Assembly: GCA_963663405.2 (NCBI GenBank)
Contig: CAXXSM010000039.1
Span: forward strand, 1 to 14,029
Length of the DNA: 14,029 nt
Source: a bacterium
GTDB taxonomy: Bacteria > Hinthialibacterota > Hinthialibacteria > Hinthialibacterales > Hinthialibacteraceae
Reading direction: 5' to 3'
A model generated the notes under the pieces. It ran no database searches and had not been told where the DNA came from. It saw only the letters and a program-made list of their open reading frames with translations. This document shows, piece by piece, positions 5,424 through 14,029 of this stretch. Made by a program: the position numbers and the translations under genes. Numbering within the stretch: position 1 is the first letter of the stretch; each line of letters starts with the position of its first letter.

Positions 5424-8400
5424 TTATGGTGAAGTGAGTAGGCCTTCCGCGCTTTCTCGTTCTGGTTGTTCCAGTTTGACGCCGAAGAGGTTTTTGATGT
5501 CTTCGACCATCATGTAGAGGGCGGGGACGAGGAATAAGGTGATTAAGGTTGCGAACATGACACCGTATCCGAGGGAGATCGCCATTGGAATTAAGAAGCG
5601 GGCCGAACGGGCTGTTTCATAGATCATCGGCGCCAGTCCAAAGAATGTGGTGAAGGAAGTCAAGAGAATTGGCCGGAACCGCCGGGTTCCCGCCATCACA
5701 AACGGCTTTGAAGGGATCGCCGGTTTTATCCCGATCCTGGTTGGCGGTGTGGACGAGGATAAGTGAGTCGTTCACGACAACTCCCGACAGCGCGACGATG
5801 CCGAACATGCTGATGATGCTGAGATCGTAGCCCATGATGATGTGTCCAAGCACGGCGCCGACAAAGCCGAACGGGATGGCGGTCATCACTACAAGTGGTT
5901 GGACATAACTCCCGAAGGGGATCGCCAGCATCGCGAAGATCGCCAGCATCGCGATCATGAATCCCCGCCATAAACTCTCGAGAGATTCATCCCGTTCCCG
6001 CGATTCCCCCTCCAAGGAATAGCCGAGAGAAGGATAACGGGACAGCAGATCGGGCAGCACGTTCGCTTCGAGATCGGTGAGGACCTTTTCCGCGTTGGTT
6101 ACTTCCGTTTCCACATCGCCTGTTACGTTGACGACTCTGCGGCCGTCTGTGCGGTTGATTTCTGTATAGGCCCGGCCCCGGATCACTTCCGCCGCTTCGC
6201 CGAGAGGGATCTCTCCACCACTCGGCGTACGGATGAGGAGTTCTTCGATGTTGTACTCGGATGTGCGTTCGGATTCCGGCAGGCGGACCATGACCCAGAT
6301 TTCCTCCCGTCCGCGTTGTTGGCGGAAGGCGCGGGCGCCGTAAAACGCGCTGCGCACTTGCTGCGCCAAATCCGAAGCGGTGATGCCCAGACTGCGGGCG
6401 GCGGGTTTCAGTTTCAAGTCGAACTGCGGTTTCCCTAACGTGAATCCATCATCGATATCTTTGACGCCGGTGAATGATTGCAAGGTGTTCGCCAATTCCG
6501 CCGCCGCGGTTTCGAGAACGTCAATATCCGGATGGCTGAGTTCCACATCGATTGGAGAACCGGCGGAAAATCCAGAACTGAAGAGGAAGGTCAACGATTC
6601 CAGACCCGCCATTTCGCCGGTCTTTTCGCGCCAGATCTTGGCGAATTGCGTAGCGGAAATACTTCGTTCTCCGCTGGGCACCATATAGACCTGTACGCTG
6701 CAAAGATGACTCCCAGTCCCACCCCCCGAAGGCCCCGGGCCTCTCCGTCCCGCGTTGTTGCCGACCAACGCCATAATTCCCCGCAGGATATTATCTCCGC
6801 CATTTTCCGCGAGCACTTCCCGCGCGGTTTCCAATAAGCGTTCTTCTACTTTCTTGGTTTCGGCTACGGGCGCGCCAAAAGGCAGGACCGCATTCGCGGT
6901 GACGACATCACCGTCGACGCGGGGGAAAAACGTGAAATTGATGTGGCCACCTACAACCACACCTAGCATCAGGATCAACACCGCCACTCCCGCAGCGATA
7001 GTTAAATACCGATTTCGAAGCGCTAAGCGAAGAAAAGGCGCATAGCAAGTATGAACAAACCACGACAATCCCCGGCTGACCTGTTGCTGCCGCCGGAAGA
7101 GAAACGCGAACAGGCCATGATCTTTCGGCGGGTGTTGATGCCCCAGATGCGCGGGGAGAACGTAGAGCGATTCAATCAGCGAAATCGTAAAGACCGAGAT
7201 AACAATAATAGGGATCACGCGGAAAAATTTCCCCATGATGCCCGTGACGAACATGAGTGGGACAAAGGTCGCTATATTAGTCAGAATCGAAAAGGTGACG
7301 GGCACAGCGACCTGCCGGGCGCCTTGAATCGCCGCTTGGATGTAGCTGTATCCCCGCTGCCGGAGTTCGTAGATATTTTCTCCTACGACAATCGCGTCAT
7401 CGACGACGATTCCGAGCGTGACGATAAACGCGAAGAGCGAGAGCATATTGATCGACACATCAAAAGTGGGAAAAAGAAGAAACGAACCCAAAATCGAGAT
7501 GGGAACCCCCATCATAACCCAAAACGCGAGCCGGATTTCGAGGAACAATCCCAATGTGATGAGAACCAGCGCCAGGCCCATCGACATATTGCGCAACAGG
7601 AGACTGATACGATCGCTCAATAATTCCGATTGGTCTTCCCACATGGCGACACCGACGCCGGGGGGGAGTGTGGGACGCAGGTTTTCGATATAGTCTTTGG
7701 TGATTTGTGCGATTTCGATGGGGGATTGATCACCGGTGCGGTAGACGCTAACGCGGGCGGCGGGCATTCCGTTATAGTATCCCGCTTGGTCTGTATCGCG
7801 GAATCCATCGATAATCGTTCCGATATCGCGCAGCCGGACCTCGGTTCCGTCTTTGCTGCTGATGACGGGGATATCTTCAAACTGGCTGCCGAAATCGCGC
7901 CGTTCCGCGGTGCGCAGCAGAATTTCCCCTCCATCTGTTTTTACACCGCCCGCGGGGATTTCCACCGCGGTTTTAGAGATTTCCTGCGCGATGCCATTCA
8001 ACGTCAGATTGTAGGCGCGCAGATTCTCTTGGGGCACTTCCACCCCAATTTCCAATGGACGGACGCCTTGCATTTCGACATAGGTGATATTCGGATTTTG
8101 GAGAATTTCCTCGCGAACGCGTTCCGCCAGCTGCCGGATGATGTATTCATCCTGATCTCCATAGAGCACGATTGATGTCACTTCGTGCCGGCGGACCAGC
8201 AGACTTACAATCGGGCGTTCCGCGTCTTGGGGGAAGGACGTGATTCGATCGACTTCGTTTTTGATATCTTGGAGGGCTTTTTTGGAATCGGCGCCGGTCA
8301 TCAATTCGACGACGACAGACGCTGATCCTTCGGTCGCTGTCGCTTCGATTCGTTTTACGCCGTCCACACCGCGCACGTTCTCTTCGATCGAAAGAAGGAT

Positions 8401-8607
8401 TCCCTGTTCCACTTCCGCCGGGCTCGCTCCTGGATAGGGGACGCTGATTGTAACGCGGTCCAGTTCAAATTCAGGAAAGATTTCGATCCGGACCTGTGTA
8501 CAGATCATGAATCCGCCCACGAGCAAGATAATCATGAGCAAATTCGCCGCGACCGAATTGTGCGCCATCCACGCGATCGGTCCTGTATCCTGCGTGGGCG
8601 TTTTCAT
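5424..8607 (-). CDS. RND efflux transporter permease (AcrB/AcrD/AcrF family), with an apparent +1 frameshift at ~5700-5702 (~1060 aa if repaired)
   Basis: TM4 reads [17 protein letters not shown]10 reads [11 protein letters not shown], and there are two large periplasmic loops. The TM11 motif RFRPILLTS and TM12 lie in ORF 5424-5699. Removing one T from GCC GTT T GTG ATG restores ...[18 protein letters not shown]. Confidence 0.95.
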
Positions 8608-9929
8608 TGCGATCTCTCCTGTTCTGCGGGGATCGGTGATGATCCTGGTTGGTTCGATTGACTCTGGGCCAAGCTTTTTGTATCCGCGTCAAAAAGTTGA
8701 AGGGGCATACCCGGCAATGGGGAGCCGATGCGGGTCATGACAATCTGATCGCCGTCTTCCAGTCCCCGTCGAATCCAGACCTCATCCCGGTTTTGATCAT
8801 GGTACCGCCAAACAATCTCAATGGAACGGATTTCCAGTTCATTCTTTTCATTCATGATCCAGATCCGGTCTCCTTCGCGGATGGCTTTGCGGGGAACGAC
8901 GAAGATGTTTTTCATGATGGGGCCTTCGATCATTACCTGGACGTAATCACCAATCAGAAGAGGCAGTTCATGTGTTTCCGTCTGACCGCCGTCGATTTCC
9001 TCTGGCGATAAAACCATCGCCGGTTGCTTCTCTTTTACTTCGAAGCCCAAGGGATCATCGATCGCGATGAGAGACCGCGCCATCAATCCTCCCTGTCCCA
9101 CATCGCCATAGAGGCGGATCAAATGACCTTCCTTTTCAATGTGGAGATCACGGCTTCCTTCCCGGATCACTGTTACAGGCGAACCAGGCGTCCCATTGGT
9201 TCCCGGCAGGATCAAGAAGGGAAGGTCATCAACGCTGATCGCCGCTTGGACCCAATACTGGTCGGTTCCGATAAGCGTAGCGATTGTGGTTTGGGGAGTG
9301 AGATACTGCCCGGTATCAATATTTTCCTCCAACACCATCGCATTGAACGGCGCGCGGATGGTGGTTCGTTCGAGATTGAGCCGGGCGTTTTTCAGGGCGC
9401 TGCTGGCGGCTTCCAGTGTCGCCTTCGCGTATTGAAGATGGGGTTTGCGCAAGGCCAAGTCGCGGCCGGCGGGTGTCGTCGCGACTTCTTTGCCGAGGAG
9501 TTTCCATTCGCGTTCAGCGATATACTGCTGACCTTCTTCTTGTTTCAGAGCAAAGACAGCGCTTTCTAATTTGGCTTTTTGTTGATCGACGGCGTATTGG
9601 TAGTCACGCGGATCGATACGGACGATCACATCCCCTTTTTTGAAAAATCCGCCGGGGATTAATTCAGCGCTTTGATTAATCACTTGGCCGCTGACTTCAG
9701 GTCGCAGATCGATCCGCTGCGCGGGCATGACATTGCCGCCGCCCTGGACGATCACCTGTTGATCGGATTGTTTCGCGGTCATGGTTTGCACCAAGATCGC
9801 CATGGCCTTTTTCTCGAAACGCTTGGCTTGGGGCGCGTGTTCGATCAACCAGATCGCGCCGTAGATTCCGGCGGCCAGCACGAGAAAAGGCGTGATAATC
9901 TTGAAAGCGTATTTGAAAAATGTTTTCAT
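8604..9929 (-). CDS. RND efflux periplasmic adaptor (membrane fusion protein)
   Basis: N-terminal TM anchor, lipoyl-like half motifs IDLRPEVSGQV and LERTTIRAPFNAMV, an alpha-hairpin, and C-terminal VVPRKAIR...GLEDGDQIV. It has 4-nt ATGA overlaps with both neighbours. Confidence 0.95.
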   Translation of the reverse strand: MKTFFKYAFKIITPFLVLAAGIYGAIWLIEHAPQAKRFEKKAMAILVQTMTAKQSDQQVIVQGGGNVMPAQRIDLRPEVSGQVINQSAELIPGGFFKKGDVIVRIDPRDYQYAVDQQKAKLESAVFALKQEEGQQYIAEREWKLLGKEVATTPAGRDLALRKPHLQYAKATLEAASSALKNARLNLERTTIRAPFNAMVLEENIDTGQYLTPQTTIATLIGTDQYWVQAAISVDDLPFLILPGTNGTPGSPVTVIREGSRDLHIEKEGHLIRLYGDVGQGGLMARSLIAIDDPLGFEVKEKQPAMVLSPEEIDGGQTETHELPLLIGDYVQVMIEGPIMKNIFVVPRKAIREGDRIWIMNEKNELEIRSIEIVWRYHDQNRDEVWIRRGLEDGDQIVMTRIGSPLPGMPLQLFDADTKSLAQSQSNQPGSSPIPAEQERSQ

Positions 9930-11356
9930 TCGATCTCTCCAGAAGCAATAGAAGAAGATTTGGGTGAAACTGGTTGAAGTTCAGAGGTCCACGATCCCCC
10001 CAACGCGAGATATAATGCGACACGGTATTGCAATTGGTTCAAGCAAGCGGTTAGATAACTGCGTTCCAGGCTTTGCAGACTCTGCAGCGCGGTCAGAACC
10101 GGCAGGTAATCACTCAGACCATTGACGTACCGGGCTTGGGATTCCTCCAACGTTCGTTCGGTGGTTTCAATTTGTTTTTGTAACGCCTCCACATATTCCG
10201 CTTGTTTGGCTTCCTGGATCAGGGCGTCTTCCACTTCTTTCAACGCGGTTAAGACGGTGTTCTCATATTCGAGAAGCCGTTGATCGAGGACAGCCCTTGT
10301 CCGTTCCACCTCCGCCCGGCGCCGGACGCCATCCAGAATCGGCGCCGTCAATCCCGACGCCAGATTCCAGAACCAGTTGCTGAACACATCGCCGAGCTGC
10401 GCGGCTTGGTGGCCGCTCTGGGCGGAGAGTGTGATGGCGGGATACCGGTCAGCGATCGCGGTTCCTATGCGGTAATCGGCGGCGATGATGGCGTATTGCG
10501 CCGAACGGATATCGGGGCGCCGTTGCAATAAATCCATGGGCACGCCCAGTTCCGGCAAGTCAGGCAGAATGGGATAGCCGCTATGAATTGTGGAGATTTC
10601 CGAGTTGGGTGGTTGGCCGAGAAGAATCGCGAGCTGGTGTTTCTGCAGCTGCAGTCCGCGCTGCGCCAGGGGTTCCTGCGCGTGGATGGAGGCCAGCTGG
10701 GATCGTTGTTGATAGACGTCCACGGCGGAGGCGCGTCCTTGACTCATGCGCAATTCGTTCAAATCGAGAAAGGTCTGGCTGACTTTTGTTTGCTCGCCGA
10801 GGAGTTTGAGTTGCGCGTTTTGTTCGATGGCTTGAAACCAAGTTAGCGCGACCTGCGCCGCCAACGAGAGGGCGGCGGTTTCCACATCCTGCCGCGCCTC
10901 CAGCCAATCGTAATCCGCGGCCTTTTTTTGATAGGCGATCCGTTTCCATAAATCGACTTCGTAGGAGACCAGGAAATCGATATTGAACCGGTTGCTTTCA
11001 TTGGAGATGTTATTGACTTCGGTTCTCGATCGCGCCACATCGCCGCCTAATGTGAGCTGGGGATAGAGAAGCGAACCGCTTTGAACGGCGACCGCGCGGG
11101 CTTGTTCCAAGCGGGTCCAGGCGGTTCGAAGATTGAGATTGGCGCCAAGGGCTTGTTCGATCAGCGCGTTGAGCGCTGGATCGTCAAACGCTTCCCACCA
11201 GCGGTCCGGACTTGGGGCGGTTCCTGATTCGGAATAGGATTCCGGCAGTAAGGTTAGTGAAGGCGCCTCTTCGCGCACTGGATGCAGCGCGCAGGAGGCC
11301 ATGATTGAGCATAAGAAACACAACAGTAGATGGGAACGTAAGCGCATGAATTTCAT
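9926..11356 (-). CDS. Outer membrane efflux factor lipoprotein (NodT/OprM/TolC family)
   Basis: Lipobox MASC; WWEAFDDPALNALIEQALGANLNL; SYEVDLW; PMDLLQRRPDIRSA; EVEDAL; LYLALGGSW. Confidence 0.95.
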   Translation of the reverse strand: MKFMRLRSHLLLCFLCSIMASCALHPVREEAPSLTLLPESYSESGTAPSPDRWWEAFDDPALNALIEQALGANLNLRTAWTRLEQARAVAVQSGSLLYPQLTLGGDVARSRTEVNNISNESNRFNIDFLVSYEVDLWKRIAYQKKAADYDWLEARQDVETAALSLAAQVALTWFQAIEQNAQLKLLGEQTKVSQTFLDLNELRMSQGRASAVDVYQQRSQLASIHAQEPLAQRGLQLQKHQLAILLGQPPNSEISTIHSGYPILPDLPELGVPMDLLQRRPDIRSAQYAIIAADYRIGTAIADRYPAITLSAQSGHQAAQLGDVFSNWFWNLASGLTAPILDGVRRRAEVERTRAVLDQRLLEYENTVLTALKEVEDALIQEAKQAEYVEALQKQIETTERTLEESQARYVNGLSDYLPVLTALQSLQSLERSYLTACLNQLQYRVALYLALGGSWTSELQPVSPKSSSIASGEIE

Positions 11357-11413
11357 TCTTATACAATCCTAAAAAAATGTGTCCTCTTTATTTTTATTTA
11401 AGTGAATTACGAA

Positions 11414-11929
11414 TTAAAGCCCGATTTGTTGAGCGGCGTCCGCTTCTTGTTCCATTTTTTTCAGTAGGGATACTAATTGTTTACGATCGGATTCAGACAA
11501 TTGTTTCATGAGCGCCGCCACACGCTGGAAATGGAAAGGAAGCATATCCTTAAGAAGTTGTTTCCCTTTTTCTGTTAAGTGGATGGTAATCGTCCGTCGG
11601 TCTTCATCGTTCTGTCTCCGTTCAACCAGTTCATCCCTTTCTAATCCATCAAGAAGCCCCGTCATAGTCGCTCGTGTCACTCCAATTCGCTCTGCCATAT
11701 CAGATGGATGAAATCCCCTAGTGGAATCCTGGTCAAGCAACATCAGCACGACGAAACGGCCATGGGAAATACCATGTTTAGCAAAGAACGTTTCCCCAGC
11801 GGCCATGATATCCGTTGAGAGCCGCAGCATCGTAAGAAGGGTAAATGTCCCTGACGGATCGATGTCCGGAAACCGTTTTTTCAACGATTGAATGAATTCT
11901 AGAGGTGGAATATCACGAAGCAAGAACAT
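11414..11929 (-). CDS. MarR-family transcriptional regulator
   Basis: Winged-helix pattern PSDMAERIGVTRATMTGLLDGLERDELVERRQNDEDRRTITIHLTEKG. It is the first gene of the efflux operon. Confidence 0.95.
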   Translation of the reverse strand: MFLLRDIPPLEFIQSLKKRFPDIDPSGTFTLLTMLRLSTDIMAAGETFFAKHGISHGRFVVLMLLDQDSTRGFHPSDMAERIGVTRATMTGLLDGLERDELVERRQNDEDRRTITIHLTEKGKQLLKDMLPFHFQRVAALMKQLSESDRKQLVSLLKKMEQEADAAQQIGL

Positions 11930-11947
11930 ACTATCCGCCTTCTTTCT

Positions 11948-12001
11948 TTAGGGGCCGAACTATTCGAGTCCTAATTATATGTTCGCTAATTACTTTGTCT
12001 A
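11948..12001 (-). promoter_or_regulatory. Sigma70-type promoter and probable MarR operator of the efflux operon
   Basis: On the minus strand TAGACA (11996-12001) is separated by 16 nt from TATAAT (11974-11979). Immediately downstream is the inverted repeat TTAGGggcCGAA-cta-TTCGagtCCTAA (11948-11974). Confidence 0.65.
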
Positions 12002-12091
12002 GGCCTTTTTTGGAAAAAAGTGAAAGTAAACGATAAAATTGCATGAATCTGGATCGTGGAATTTGAGAATAGTCCCCATGTGTCATTTCTA

Positions 12092-12147
12092 TTGTTAAAG
12101 GTTTACATATCATGCTATAATTCATAATTGTAAACTATAAATGGAGG
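12092..12147 (+). promoter_or_regulatory. Promoter, palindromic operator and RBS of the Xre-ImmA/PIN operon
   Basis: Extended -10 TGcTATAAT (12113-12121) with a weak -35 TTGTTA (12092-12097). GTTTACA (12101-12107) and TGTAAAC (12129-12135) bracket the -10. GGAGG is at 12143-12147. Confidence 0.55.
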
Positions 12148-12155
12148 TCAATAAA

Positions 12156-13252
12156 ATGATTGGCGCCCGTATTAAGATGGCACGGAAGAAGGCGGGATTT
12201 TCTTTGCGGGGACTTGCTGACGCTATAGGAAAAATAGTAACCGCACAAGCCATTGGAAAATACGAACGCGGCAAAGCCATCCCTCGTTCAAGTGTATTGA
12301 TTGCGTTGAGTAAAACGCTAAATGTGTCCATTCCTTTTTTATTAAATACCCAGGGGATTGAATTGGACACGGTGGAGTTTCGTTCGAATTCGGGCACGAC
12401 TAAAAAGGACCGCGCCCGCGTCGAAACCGAGGTCGTGGAATGGGTGGAACGTTACCTTCAAATTGAAGCCATTTTAGGGATCGAAAGCGTGTCCTGGGAG
12501 AAGCCGTTTGGGGAACAAAAAAAAATCGAGCGGATCGAAGACGCTGAAGATGTGGCTGAAAGCGTTCGGGAAAAATGGAAACTGGGGATTGATCCTATTC
12601 CAAATATGACTGAACTGTTGGAAGAAAAAGGCCTAAAAGTACTGATCGTAGACCTTCCAGAGAACGTTTCCGGTCTGACCTGTTTGGTCAAAGGAATGAA
12701 CTATCCGGACGGATTGCCCGTGATTGTGGTGAATCGAGACTATCCATTAGAACGTCGGCGCTTGACCTTGGCTCATGAACTCGCGCATAGGATGATTGAT
12801 TCCGAATGTCTCGAACAAAAAGAACTGGAAAAAGCCGCTCAACGATTTGCGGGAGCGTTTCTTGTTCCAAGAAAACATCTGGAAAAAGAGGTGGGGAAAT
12901 CGCGGCGATCATTTGGGTATAAAGAGCTGATTGGTTTGAAACGATTGTATCGTGTCAGTGGAGCCTCATTATTGGTCCGATTGCGGATATTGGTGTTATT
13001 TCTGAAAACAAATTGGTCTATGCGTTTCAATCCATTGCCCGGACTTGGAGAACGAATGAACCGGAGCCACTCGAAAGATCTGGAAATGAAGGAAAGTGGG
13101 AACCGGCGAAACGGTTTGAACGGCTCTGTTACCGGGCATTGGCGGAAGATCTAATCTCCCTTCCAAAAGCAACCGAACTCTTACGAATTCCATTGGAGGA
13201 CGTTTTTAGCGGTTTGAGGGGGCCTTGCCGGGAACATGCGCATTGTCGTTAG
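12156..13252 (+). CDS. Xre-family HTH fused to ImmA/IrrE (COG2856, DUF955/M78) metallopeptidase; 1-nt frameshift at ~12985 (~365 aa if repaired)
   Basis: N-terminal HTH IGARIKMARKKAGFSLRGLADAIGK.VTAQAIGKYERG. RRRLTLAHELAH contains HExxH, followed by EKAAQRFAGAFLVP. Adding one G (CGG [G]AT) gives RLRDIGVISENKLVYAFQS, which runs into ORF 13013-13252 (RALAEDLISLPKATELL). Start 12156 is preferred because GGAGG lies 8 nt upstream. Confidence 0.9.
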
Positions 13253-13747
13253 TGACACATCCTGTTTAATTGACTTGCGAAAGACAGATTTATTGGAAGC
13301 ATTCGCCCGGCTTCCATACGATATACTGATTTCCGACATCCTTTTCGAACAAGAATTTGTTAAATTCTCTCCAGCGGATCGAATGGCTTTAACCAGCAAC
13401 GGTGTTCAAATAATAGAACTCACGGAATCTGGAATCGAGCGTGTTATAGATATTCAATCCAAGAATACTGCTTTATCCATTCATGATTGTTTTGCTTTTG
13501 TTGTCGTCGAGAATCATCCCGGTGGAATTTTGTTGACTGGGGATAAAGGCTTCGATCTTTGGCGCACCGATCCAGTATTGAAACGCATGGTGTGTTATGG
13601 GTTATTGATGAAATCTATAAACATGGATTAGCGTCTGCGAAAGAATTACATGCGGCTCTCATTTGCTTTGACAATGATGAAACAGTACGTCTTCCCGCAA
13701 ACGATTTACGAATTCGGATTCGGAAGTTTGAGGAATTCTTTGACTAA
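13236..13747 (+). CDS. PIN-domain protein (VapC-like/DUF3368-like putative ribonuclease toxin); 1-nt frameshift at ~13545-13549 (~170 aa if repaired)
   Basis: Acidic PIN motifs VVSDTSCLIDL, EQE, LSIHD and LLTGD are present. One added base gives LLTGDKxLRSLAHRSSIETHGVLWVIDE, joining ORF 13559-13747. It overlaps the upstream gene by 17 nt. Confidence 0.85.
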
Positions 13748-13770
13748 CGAGCGCATTGGAGGAGAACACT

Positions 13771-14029
13771 ATGATTTTCGGTCCTGATGGTTTTTTAGAT
13801 TGGTTAGATTCACCCGAAGGGGAACTTGCAGAACAAGTTCTTCATGTTGTACTCGATTATTTGGAAGGCGCATCCACCGATCTTGGTAAGAGGAAAATTA
13901 TTCTACGTGATGGCGAATCCCTATCTATCAAAGAGACTGCTGAAAAGATTTATTCCGAATTTGAACTCCCCCTCGAAGAAATTGAAAGCCATATTATTCT
14001 TTGGCTTGAAATGGATTACATGCCGCAAG
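13771..14029 (+). CDS. Hypothetical acidic protein, 3'-truncated by the window edge
   Basis: Not in the ORF track because it has no stop. Strong RBS GGAGGAG (13758-13764) precedes ATG13771, and the frame is open to the end: MIFGPDGFLDWLDSPEGELAEQVLHVVLDYLEGASTDLGKRKIILRDGESLSIKETAEKIYSEFELPLEEIESHIILWLEMDYMPQ. Confidence 0.75.
   Translation, partial: MIFGPDGFLDWLDSPEGELAEQVLHVVLDYLEGASTDLGKRKIILRDGESLSIKETAEKIYSEFELPLEEIESHIILWLEMDYMPQ

Noticed and set aside
5745-5790. RND TM10 reads VVVNDS rather than AcrB-type AKNA (no Lys)
   Set aside because: To my knowledge this variant is common in this RND subfamily, and the TM4 DD and TM11 RPILLT motifs are intact, so it is not evidence of novelty.
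6380-11040. Long antisense ORFs (e.g. 7051-7623, 7630-8175, 9024-9569)
   Set aside because: These are shadow ORFs opposite well-supported efflux genes in GC-rich DNA, with no recognisable motifs.
11931-12397. Minus-strand ORFs 11931-12125 and 12122-12397
   Set aside because: They overlap the divergent promoter region and the Xre-ImmA gene, and have no RBS or domain support.

Overview
Bacterial window of moderate GC with AT-richer patches, probably from a diderm organism (TolC-type outer membrane factor, lipoproteins). From left to right it holds: (1) a 5'-truncated collagen-like protein with 47 uninterrupted Gly-X-Y triplets and a C-terminal head that resembles the animal CTHRC1 C-terminal domain by eye, followed by a secreted protein with thioester-domain-like motifs (WCAD ... 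IQAVIW ... Q); (2) a mosaic of REP-like palindromes and shared linkers surrounding an orphan ParD-type antitoxin; (3) a 642-aa exported acidic protein built from three apparently permuted beta-sandwich repeats and ending in a short DWxL tail; (4) a MarR-OMF-MFP-RND efflux operon on the minus strand with a clear promoter and operator; (5) a divergent Xre-HTH/ImmA(IrrE) metallopeptidase plus PIN-domain pair and a 3'-truncated hypothetical gene. Four genes each carry a single-base frameshift, most likely long-read assembly errors. The best candidate for an undescribed system is the collagen/CTHRC1-like fibre plus thioester-domain partner. All family assignments come from motif recognition by eye; no searches were run.
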